Assembly: GCA_008636045.1 (NCBI GenBank) | Contig: SNRW01000072.1 | Coordinates: 1 to 32,009, forward strand | Direction: 5' to 3' | Source of the DNA: Streblomastix strix | Lineage: Eukaryota | DNA: 32,009 bases | In this document: piece after piece, positions 12,601 to 24,587 of the stretch | Position numbering within the stretch: the first letter of the stretch is position 1 | Layout: each line of letters begins with the position of its first letter | Translations under genes and position numbers: made by a program | Notes under the pieces: model-generated | Database searches by the model: none | What the model was told of the DNA's origin: nothing | Seen by the model: the letters and a program-made list of their open reading frames with translations, nothing else

Positions 12601-14223
12601 AAATTAACATTGGAAGGATTGTTTAGGGATTTTGAGGAAATAATTTGCGTATTTTGGTCAAATTTTTTGAAATCTCATTCATAAGAAAAATAATAATCTT
12701 ATTCTGAGCCTACAAATATATAAAATTCGCAATTTCATAGAGATTTCTTTAATTAAGTTTTTCCTTTCATTTTATCATCTTTATCAAGCATCCACCTAAC
12801 ATCTTCTAATCTGCATTAAAATTATATCCATTCACTTTTTATTGATGGGGAGGAGATTTCTGAAGAAGAATCTCTATTGTACAAAGAATAGGCGAGAAAA
12901 ACTAAAAGAAATTTAAAGTAAAATAAACATATAGAAAAATTGAAGAAATTAATTCCAATTGAATCCAAAGAATAAACTTAATATAATAGCTATGAAAGTG
13001 ATAATATAGAATTTAATGAGGAGAATAAAAATAAAGAGTTTATATTAGCTAAATTAATAATGGAGAAGCGAAAATTTTCGAAATAATATATAAATGAAAA
13101 TAGCGCATCAGGAATTGCTAGCCAATCAAACTTACAATATAGTTAAACATAAACAATTCTATCATCTAAATAACAGGGAGAAGCACAAATAGAAAAAGAA
13201 GTGTTAAATTAAATAGATGATCGAAATAATTCGGATAGCAGTGAAAGCGATATTAAATATTGGAGCCTTGAAGAGTAAGAATAAGATGATTTTGTATTTG
13301 ATGAAAGTAATTCAGATGAAGAAGGAGTTATAAAAGAGTAAGAATAAGTCTCAATTAACCAGAAAATCAATTCAAATTCTTAACCATAAAAATTTTCTAT
13401 TTTAACTACACTTTCAAATCATAAGGAAAGTTTGAATCAGCTAAACGATATTACTCATCATTTGCACCAATGCATTTTTCACAAACTTCCTCTTGCTCCT
13501 TTATCTTAACTATGGCCACGCCAAGAACATGTTGAGTCTATATTGATTGATTCTATTAGCAAGAATTTTATCTATCCTTTTCTTTTTGCTGATTAAAGAG
13601 GAGAAAAAGATACAATTTAATTTCAAATAATGTATCGAGCATTGGAAATCCTCTAATCTCTTGCCTCTGTTTCAATCATAAATGAAGGTGAGAAGAATAT
13701 AAATTAAGGGATAAAAGAAATGAAAAGAAAACCCTTTTACAAATTCTCTTGGAATATATCGTTGCGAGCAATGTAGACGCTCGTAGAATTGCTTCTTGTT
13801 TGCGTGCAACATAAAGATTTGCATGATTAGAGTATTATTGCAGATGTGCTAGCATCGACTTGGCCGAAACTTGAACGAATAGTCAGTAAACATATGTTAT
13901 AGAGCATTCATATTGCAACTAGTTCTTCATCTTCAAATCATTCATAATTGATTCATTTTCGTGTTATTTCCAATGTTTTAAGTATATTGCTTTAATTATC
14001 AACCATCAACAGATCAAATAAAATAGAATCAAATTCTCTATTATTTTCACCTCTCATTCGACTTATGCACAAAATTACAATGCACAAAAGCTTATCTATT
14101 ACAAACGATAAACAATTTCACTAAATAGATAGAATGAAGTTGACTATTCTAAGAAAAATTACAATACTTTTGGTAAGATACAATTTCTATTAATAGAAGG
14201 AATAAAATATTTCACAGGAATGA
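3603..14223 (+). CDS. MON2: Mon2-like (Sec7/BIG-related DCB-HUS-HDS) Golgi/endosome trafficking protein, ~3443 aa
   Basis: Exons 3603-3624, 3696-3820, 3881-3947, 4000-4124, 4174-4220, 4278-14223 (sum 10332 nt, in frame). Motifs are colinear with Mon2: MHSRNLQRTAILAFRL, DYLMLLTESIDLL, GWELL...LCPLLI, SDWKVVLYSLIH, ALEAVDLLWNLGN, RLAGLSMDVCMEVRSAALMTL, RKQWEQS. In-frame TGAs at 4735 and 8917. Confidence 0.8.
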
Positions 14224-14407
14224 ACAAACCACTTTAATCTTTTTTGACATATACTTCAGTTAAACTCTAAAATATAAATTTTTTTTTCTAACTGATGTAA
14301 ATATTTGTTTGACACATCATTTATTTATTTAATTTTTTAATGGTTTAATAAAAAACTGACTATATCTTCTGAAAAAGGAAGTGTGATGATGAAATGAATA
14401 TTTATTA

Positions 14408-17400
14408 TCATCTGTGGTGTGATATATCCATTAGCTTTTTGTAATCTTGAGTCATTTTGCCTTAAGTACGATGAGATAGTGTTGAATTGACTAAACTGAA
14501 TACTAGATGTCCTTGCACGATGATATAGTGAATTGTGGATGCGAGAGCTGCTTCAGCAATATTAACACATGTAGCAGTATCTTAAAAATCAAGTTTGCAA
14601 AGTGTTGTCATTCTCTGTCGTAAACGCAACTTCTCTTACCTATGAAAAAGAATTTTGCTCTGAAAATTCATTTGTTGAGTATGATGCTTTTGTATAGTCG
14701 AATGTTACGTATTGTCCGGTTATTTCATTTGAGTTTTTTATTATGATTTTCCATCCACAGGTTTATCAATATACCCACTAACATCCCTCGCAATTTATTT
14801 ATCCTTGTCAGTCAACTTTGTTTTATTATTTATCTTTTCAAGTATAATCAAAATCTTTTCATCCTCCTTTTTGAATGTATCTCTTAATGTAATCAACATG
14901 CATCTACCTGCATCCTATGCATCATGTATCAATTTTGACTTCTTTCTCAACAAACCAGCTAATGTACCTTCATTAATACCACTAAAACCGCATTGCCATA
15001 CAGAATCTGCAAAGTGTATGATTACATCTAAAATTTGCAAATGTATTCCATCAAGGAATGTATTGCCGCTCAGGAGGTGAGCAGACATTCGTTGGAAGAC
15101 GAGGGGTAGTTCCAATAATTTTTCAGGAATAAAACTATCATCTAAAACTGCTTTGTGAATTTTAGAATGTAAGTTTCCCTAATATGATTGTTGATATTAA
15201 TGCGCATATTGAGAAGTGGGAGATGGAATATGAGATGATATATAAGTATTAGGTTATGAATCAGTCTGAAAATATAATTATTAAGCATTTGCTTATTATG
15301 TTTAATAACTATTTCGACTTAATGTTATACTTGATCTTCGCTTTAAAACCTTGTTCTTTACTGAAGCATTCTCAGGACTCTTTAAAGATGATCCTGATAT
15401 TTCTTTAGTTATGAGTGGTTATGTATCTTATACTTAATGACCTGCTTCATTATCTTCATAAAAATCTTATTGTATTTTTTTATTAATCACTTCTGCTGTA
15501 TTTTTCCCAGCATTTTACTATTAATTTCGAGGTGATTGTTGGCCAATTCCTTAATCAGATTTTAGATCACCAATCAGTTTTTCTTTCTCTTTTTTTCTCT
15601 TTTCCAGACGATCACGCATTTTCTCACGCATTTATTATGCACGCTCTTTCCTAATATGTAATTTATCCCTTTTCTTTTCATGCTCAATCTGAATAGCGGT
15701 TATTTCTTTTATTGTTCTCTCAACAACTCTACAACAGCTTCGCGTATCTGGAGGAAGAAGCTCTCGAAGTCGATTTGAGTTTCTGCAACTGGTGCTGTAT
15801 ATTAACATTAATGATATTCCATTAAAGAGATAAGCCATAAGAAGGAAAACAAATGAGAAAGGAAGGAAGACAGTGAGTGCTGTACTTGAGAATCCAACTA
15901 AATAATTAGCTTATTCTAATATTTAATTATTCATCCATTAAACTGCACCTACAACGTCATTATCAATACTTGACAGAATAAACTTGAAATAGTTACTTTT
16001 GTAATCCAAAGGCTTTATGATATCTTCGTTTGTTTCTTAAGAACCAAGAACCTCCAAATATATTCTTAATCGTGAAAGTAATTAAGACATTCCATAAACA
16101 TAATCACCAATATTCCATATCCTTTAATTCATTCCTAATTCAGAGTCTAATTACTAATCTCCATCATTTGAAGAATGCATTAACGATTCTTATTTTCTGA
16201 ATAGAATAAGTTCATTCACATTTGAAGAAAAACGTCTCATCATCATTTTTTTATCATCAAATACTATATCATTTGTGAAACTTGAATCTCCAATGTTTCC
16301 ATATAAATTATATTCATTATCATTCTACTTACTAAAATGAGTTCGTATATGAAGAGCTTGAATATAATCAGCTAATCTTGTAAGAAGACCAACTAATACA
16401 CGAGGATCATCACTGATATGATCACTTGAATTCCAAACTGGATTAGTTGCAGTTGGGAATAATATACGATCGAATGTTGCGATAGTTGGTGAGTCAGGAA
16501 AGCATGCACGAATGAGTACGCATTGCATAGTACGCAATATTGGAATTCTGAAAGAAGATACAATTAATGATGAGGGTATTGAACTAAATCGCATGTCTAT
16601 TGCTAAAAACATACACATTATTGCAACTGTGATTACTAAACAAATCAGTATTGATGTGATTGAAAGACTTATAAATGATAAAGATATAGGCTAAGGGAAT
16701 TATTTCTTGAATGTTATCCGCAATTCATTAATTTCTTCATCAAGTCTTTATGCCCACTTTGAATCATCAATAACTCCTTAAACATAAATTTCTGATTCTG
16801 CTTTTTGTGATAACTCTATTTCTTTCAATTTAACTTCATTAGGTATTTTTGCTTTTTCTTTTTCATCAATTTCTTCTGGTAATTCTTTATCTAAATTATT
16901 TGATTATACTTTCTCCAATAAATTATTAATCGTTTCATTCTAAACACCACTTTATTTTAAATTGAGCAGTCTTAATAGTTCTTCATTATAAGTTTATAGA
17001 GTTTGCTGATTTATTAGAGCTTATTGAAGTTATTATTAAGTCAATACTAAATTTTAAACAATTTATTAGTTGTTGATATAAGGTTATTGAACAGATTGAG
17101 ATTATTCAATAGATAAAGATTAAACAAATTATTAAGGATAAAGACCAGTAGAATTGGGTTATAATTACTGAGATTATTATAAGAAATTGGTTTAATTTGG
17201 TGCTTACAATACATTTATTAATTAACTCTAAAGAGGATCGAATCCAACACCTTATTATTATTATTATTAAATTGGAGTTATTTATGTAAGATTTGGAGCA
17301 ACAGATTGTTATATTTATTGTCCATATATCTGTTGCTATTAATTTTATAATTGCAAGTAGGCTTATAATGGTTATGAATTTTGTATCTAAGCTAAAAATT

Positions 17401-20400
17401 ATGGGTCGATACGTTCTGATCCTTATGGTTATAATAATGAATTAGCTGCTGGACTATGTGATTAAGATATATCATTGGGATTATGTGATATTTAATCTTA
17501 AGCCAGTTTTAAACCAACTATTCTTTCATTCACCTGCATTTGGTTAATATCATCAATATTTCTTTTTCTTTCACTATTTCCATTTCTATTGGATATCTTT
17601 CTTTATTTACTTCTTCTTTTCTCTCTCCTATCATATGATGAACTGTCAGAGTCATCAGAATATCTTCTTCTCTTCCTATCACTGTAATGTCTATTTCTTT
17701 CATAATAAGAATCTGAATCAGAATCATCATCAGAACTGTGGCTTCTTTTTCTTCTATCATCACTATCTTCACTTTAATCACTTCTGTCATTACTTCTTCT
17801 TCTTCCTCTTCCTTTTCTTCTTCTTCCTTTTCTTCTACTATATTCACTGCTCTAACTTTGAGAAGTTGAAGATGAGTCAGTTGATTCACTGAGTGATCTT
17901 CTGCTTCCACTTTTATTCTTTCTTCTTCTTCTTCTTCTTTTTCTTTTTCTTCTTCTTCTTGATTCATCTGAACTGTCAGATGAACTTTAATCATCAGATT
18001 AGTCATCCTTATGTTAATTATCATTAATTATTTACTTCTACTGTATGTCTGGATGAACTGAAGCTTTAATATTTTAATTTGATATTTCTTTATTCTCAAT
18101 TTTTGCAATATTTTAATCTTTTTAATTGTTATTTGTTTTTATTATAGAATCATCCATTTAACCAGTTCCTTAATTAACTTAACGAATTTATTATTTTTCT
18201 TAAAATATATTTTAAAATGGAGTTTATGATGTTGGTTGTGATTATTCTTATTATGCTTATTGTGATGATTCTATTAATTTATATTATGAATCATTCCATG
18301 AATGAGAAAGTCTTTATAAAGATTTGGCATTAATGTTTGAAGATTATAATGATGATTAGTTTCCCATCTGAACAGGAGTCATTGAAGATAAAACTTTATC
18401 ACGATTAACTTTATGTAAAGTGGTTGAATTATATTTTTATGCTTCTTTCTTAACTTTAGGTTGTATTAACTTCTCATGCTTCTACTGAGATTGTAAAGTA
18501 GTTGCTTCTGAAATATCCAGATTCTTTAAGCTATTTTATTGTGAGATTAATGAATTAGGTTTAAAATTTTGTTTGAATTAAGATACTGTCAATTTCTTAT
18601 TAACTTATCCTAATCTATTGGTAGGAATGAATAATTATTTGTTAGTATCAAGGTCATGATCTTATAGTAATGATTCAGCATTTCCTTGTTGAGTATCTTT
18701 TGCTGTTTCTTGCTTTGTAATGTCTGCTGCTATTTCTTAATTTTTTACAAATTCATTTAATTTTTTTGTTATTTCTTCAATTGTTTATTCATTTACTGGA
18801 TGAATATCTTCCATTGCTTTCAAATTCATCAACATTGAATCGTGCCTTGAAATAGCAGCTCTTCTAAATGCACTTCTTGATTTACTAAACATTTAAAATA
18901 TAGAATATCCATATAATAATAAAAGACCTATTATGGCTACTCCAGCTCCTGTTAGAACTATTGCAATTGAGTTTATTGGGGCATATCTAGCTAATTCCTA
19001 AGTAGTTAATAAGCAATTCACTACTGCTTTCTTTGCTGACTCCATTACAGGAAGAAGGGTATTGAATACAATATATAGGAGATCTTGTCTATAAGTTGGA
19101 AGATCAATCTAAGGACTTGTTGAACTTCCTAAAGTCTTACATCTGTTCACAAGTTAATTTAAAGCAGTTATTAGATTAACTCTCATGGAGGCTTAAGAAA
19201 TGACTTTCTTGTTATCTGTATCAAAACCGAATTCATATATCTATATTGATTAAACTTCAAATTCCTAACTATCTGAAGTTAAGGAATATATCTATGAGGT
19301 TACACCTTCTACTAATTTTGCATTGTCCCTTAAAATCTGAGCAAAACTAGTCATTGAAGCAATAAAAGGCGCATCTTCATCATTGATAGTAGATTATTAA
19401 ATGTTTATTTTTATTTATTTTTAATTTGAATTATTTATTGAGTCATTACTAAAATTGTAATCAAATAAAACATTCTCTTTATTATTATAATTAGATTTAG
19501 AAAGTTTAGATTAGTGTAATTTTTCTTATTACTCAATACTACCAATTGAATATTATCCAATACTATTATCTCCATTTTAGTTAGAATCTTAAAAAATGGA
19601 TTTATAGCGAAATTAAGGATGATCAACATTCGACCATATCCAATTAAACTATTCATGAAAGTGATATCCCATTGCAGCATATCCCATTCTTGCAATTGAA
19701 TCTGGTACTGATGCCACTTTTTATAAATTAATTGTGAGTTAATAAAACTAAGCACATGTATTGAAGTGAGTGGCACTGGATACAGCTATGAATATTGAAT
19801 AGAAAATATATGCAAGAGTAGTAAGAAGGAACAATGTCAGCATAGATCTATCAATTAAACTATATTTTTTCAATAACACATTTGGATCTAATGTAACAAG
19901 AAGCCTCTTTGTATTCCATCTAGGTTTTGATTTAGATTGTAGTTTAGATTGAGAAAAATCATCATTATATCCACTCTTTTATAAATCTTATTCATTTTGA
20001 TTATTTCCTAGATTCTCTTCTGTCAATAATCTATTAGCTTTGATTAAAAGTACATCTGCAAGCTCTTAATCATTGAATATCTATCTAAAGAATGTAGAGA
20101 AGAGAATATAAAGATTCTAATCTTATGGATGTGTTGACATTTATTCCTCATATTCGTGAAGTGCTGCTCTTTCTTACTATTATAATCTTTCAACAGACTT
20201 TCCAAGATGCTTAAAGTTAACAACATTTTCTGATGCCATTCGCCAAAATTCTTTTAGTGCAGTAATTGAAAGATTATGCAATTCAATGGCATGTTTTAAA
20301 TATGTACCTTTTTATGACTAAGATTATGGAGATTAAATCTCTTCTTCATCATCTTACTCTCTTTTTCCTTCATCTTTTGTTTTATCTGAAGATTACGCAC

Positions 20401-23400
20401 TCAATAACAATGAAGGATTCTTTTCAATTTAATTTGTTGAGCTTTCCTTTCTCTTTAGATTATTAACTATTCCAACTAATGAACCCCATTTCTTCTTTAT
20501 TTTATTTTCTCCTTATTTTTATACATTAAATTTATGAGGATCCTGAAGCGTATTAGAATTCTAGTCTTTTGTGGTGGATTCTTCTTCAATTAGTGGAAGG
20601 ATATCTGGATTATTGGGATTTGATGCTTGATTGATTTGCACTGGAGTAAACATTTGTCCAAATTTAGCCATTTTTGCTTTAGATCTGGTTAATGTCATAT
20701 TTTCATATTCTTTATTCAAATCTACTGGACTTGATTGAGCACTAATTGTAAAAAATTATTCTTTGTCTTTCTCAGGAGTATGAACTAACGGAGATGAAAA
20801 TATTTATTATATTCTTTAATCTTGATCTAATTCTTTATTTTTCTTCGTTTTATCAATTTAAAGTTATTTATTTGAATTTTATCTGATAGTACCACCATTA
20901 AAATCTATTTCAGAGTTCGATTAACTAATTGATTCTTATTCTTATTCTTTCTTTGCTAAATACTCAAGCATATACTTTTAATTCTCTCTCTCGTTTGCTT
21001 ATTCTTTATTTCTTTTTTCTTTTTCTTATTCACTTTATTCTTTTAAAAGTTATTGCATTATTTATTCTCCTTCTTTGTCAGCTTCATCATATTAATACTA
21101 ATCAGTTACATTTTCATTTGATGTTTCTTATATCAGATTCTTCTCAAAAGAACCTCTCCTCTTTCCTTTTGATTTATTATCAAAAAGATTTAAAGAATTT
21201 GCTTCATTGTTTTATGATGTATCCGGAGAAATCATAAAATCATCTTATAATTATAATTGTAATTATTAATTTTGAAGAGAAGATTTAGAAACAGATTGAT
21301 TCAAGGATTTCTTAGCTTTGAAAGATACAGACTTTGGCTAATTTTGTGGGTCCGGTGATACCCCTCTTTAATCAGAAGCGTAACTTATCTCGCTGTCAGG
21401 ATTAGATTTCTGCATTGAATATTACTACATTCTTGAAAGATTTGCTCGTGAAGCTTGTTTGCTATTTCCAAACTTATGCATTCTCATCAATGTACCAGGA
21501 ATTTCAGTTTCATCAAAAGTTGACAGGCGTCTATTATCTCATTATACATATGCTTATTGAGGAACATGGAGTAGACTAACTGGTTATTAGAGAAAATCTC
21601 TCTTTTTTGCTAATTCTTATTGTGTTCTAATTTTATATTCTTATTAAAGCTTTTATATTGTTAACTAAACACTCTTATTCTATTCATCTGAACCTTTCAA
21701 TGGATTATCTATTCCTGTAGTATATACAATTACATCCATCTCTTTTTCTATTCCAATTCCACTTTAACCATCGTCCAAAATAATTTCATTTGGCTTCCGA
21801 GGAACATCAAATGCATCTCCTTCATATTATGTAATGCCTTATGCTCTCTAAAGACAATAAATATTCAATCTTAGAATGAAATGGGGTTTAGCTATTTTGC
21901 ATCTCTGAAGTGCAATATTAGCAAGAATATGATCGTGAACGAAGTGTGATAAGAAATTTGCATAATCATAGAGTAAATCTGCATTGCATTAATACTTTCA
22001 TATTGAATGCATATAGAATATGTTGGCAAATGAAAGGTAGGAAGACAAGAAAGTCCTATTTGATCTACGAAATTATCTATATTATATAAAACGGAGTGAC
22101 CTTTCTACGTTATTTGGATTTCTGATCTTAGGAAGACTTTGAGTAAGACGTGGAATTGCTCTAATATAATTACTTTTAGCCTTGTATGCAAATATATTTG
22201 GATTTAAATTGTTTGCTTTATTAAGAGTTCGGTCAATTTCATTTTAATGAACATTGTCTTCTATTTAACTAGAATCTGGCATTATAGTGTTAACATTTTA
22301 AGCATATGGAAATGATTTTTATAATTTCATCTGCCTAAATACTTAATCATGTTTGGATTATGTTTCTTATGTAGAGTCTTAATCCTAAAGATACATTTTA
22401 ACTTTATCACCAAGAGAAGATGTTTTCTATTCCATGGCAGCACTGTATATAGCAGAAATACTAACCAAAGGAGATCCATCCTTATTTAAGCACCAATGTT
22501 TCTATTCAATCTTGCGAATAATAAAGAAGAGAAAAACAGATGCTACACCTGCACATACTAAACCAATTGCCCATAATAATGAAAAGGTAATAATATTTGT
22601 TTCATTCTTAGATGCTCCCGATGCAAAATATGCTAATTCAGCAAATGCACGAATCAATCCAAATAGTAGATATGGTAATGCTGAGAGATAATTTCCTATT
22701 ATATGATAATATGGTTGTATAACAGTATATATAAAAACAAGAAGAGATGATGTTCCAACAGTTACAAAAAATCTCCAAAAAGGCCAATCGAATAGAAATC
22801 TCATTGCAAATACAACTCCAAATAATAAAAATCTATCAAATGCGATAATTTAACCTTATTTAATTGAAAAAATTCCTCCTTTCTTTGAATGTCTATTATG
22901 AGTAGGAAATGAAGATCCTGTTGCAATAATAAGTATGAATGGGAGATTAACAGCTATGGATACAATAGCTGATACTAATTGAAGAACACTAGAACCAAAG
23001 CATTCATCTGTTCCAGATGTAATAATTGACTTTTAATCAGGTATAGGTTTATAACAATCTATTGCTGGTAGGGCAAGGTTAATCAAAGGTATATAGAATG
23101 TTTAGAATATAATTATGAATGTTATTTATAATATTCTCATAAAGAATGGATGATATCGCATAATCTTTTAATGAAATGAAGCAAATAAAATCAGCCACAT
23201 TATTAGACACAGAAGTAATATGAAGATGCCAATAGGAAAGTATAGAGAGTAGTTGCCCAAGAGGAATGAATATGAGGAGAAACTGATATAACCTCCAATC
23301 TTTGACAAAGTACTCTATACAAATGTTACTGGATTAATCCAATATGTAGACAGTGACAGGAGGAAAATGCATTTCAAAACAAAATTTGTAATTTACCATT

Positions 23401-23598
23401 TGATGTTTGGTCTTTTAAGCTGTTATAAATAAAATAAAATATATGAAAAATATATGATATTTTCAAATAAAAATATAATAGGCATACAGGATAATAAAGT
23501 GGAAAAAAGATGCTAAAAATAATTTTATCGCTTTTAGAAAAAATTCCCTCGTCTGCAGCTCCTTGAATTTTATGTTGTTGAACGTTTCCACTAGGCAT
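14408..23598 (-). CDS. TmcB/TmcC-like large multi-pass membrane protein with TPR-like segments and a possible hemerythrin-like C-terminus, ~3040 aa
   Basis: Exons 23598-23488 and 23419-14408, with a GT..AG intron at 23487-23420. It has an N-terminal TM bundle (FGVVFAMRFLFDWPFWRFFVTVG..QPYY..GN), LPKIRNPNNVERSLRFIQ, TPR-like DLLYDYANFL and ALKEFWR..YEEQMSTHP..IFND, further TM pairs and long low-complexity inserts. In-frame TGAs at 22000-21998 and 21541-21539. Confidence 0.75.
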
Positions 23599-23699
23599 GG
23601 TCAAATTAATTTAATTTTTCTTACAGGGAAAAGTAGAAAATAAGAATTAAAATGTAAAAAAAATAAAACTAATTTTTATTTCATCTTTAAAAATAAATG

Positions 23700-24421
23700 A
23701 TGAAAAAAGAAGAAAAAAATATTATTGACATTATGCGAGGAATGGGTTGTTCAATTTAAAATGGAAAAGCAGATACTAAGAATTATGATGGAGAAATGAC
23801 GAACAATATGGATCAAATTCTTAAAGAAATGACTGGAAGAAAGAGTAAAGCTATGGATATTGACAATGACTTTAAAAAAGAAAAATTAAAGAAATTAAAA
23901 AAGAATTAGAATCTCTCTCAAACAAGTGGAACAGAAGATAATTCAAATAATTCTTTCGATATGAATGCAATTGAGAAGTGGTTACTCGATGGTGATGCGG
24001 GATCATTCTTCTGATCATTTGGCTAATATGAATACTGATTTTATTGCAATAAAATAATAATTATTCGAAAATCCATTCTAATCGAATATTTCAAAGAATC
24101 CGATTATCTCGTCTGCCACAGATTTAATTTATAAAACATTTCACTTTGACGGATTTTATCAATGATCTATATATGAATTATAGTATTAAATAACATATTC
24201 AGACTTGTATTTACTGAATAATTTGACTTGCAACTTAAAATCCTTATTCCTCCACAGTAAGATCTCTAAATATCCAATCTATTAATTTATTTTCAAAATT
24301 ATTTAATTATTATTGTTTTTTCTAATAATTACTATAATTAACAATACTCCAAACACACAACTCAAGAACAATTTTTCATTTAAAATAAAGAATATGAATT
24401 AATTTTGCTACAGTTAAAACT

Positions 24422-24423
<2 letters not shown>
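23700..24423 (+). repeat. Dispersed ~725-bp repeat, copy 2 (ORF 23697/23700-24014)
   Basis: Direct copy of 2831-3555 with the same ORF length and stop. It lies between the divergent TmcB-like and transportin genes. Confidence 0.95.
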
Positions 24424-24480
<57 letters not shown>

Positions 24481-24504
24481 ATTAATATTAATATTAATAT
24501 TAAT
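24423..24504. repeat. Compound AT microsatellite (TAA)n-(TAT)n-(ATTAAT)n
   Basis: Directly visible. The TAA and TAT arms are mutually complementary. Confidence 0.95.
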
Positions 24505-24587
24505 TCAATTAACAAATTTAAGATTATATTTAAAACCTCATTTAAAAATACGTATTAATTTATTAATTTTTTAAAGAAAAAGAGTCG

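Noticed and set aside
17530..18024. Glu-rich 164-aa (-) and Phe-rich 85-aa (+) ORFs
   Set aside because: Alternative frames of the Arg/Ser block inside the TmcB-like gene.
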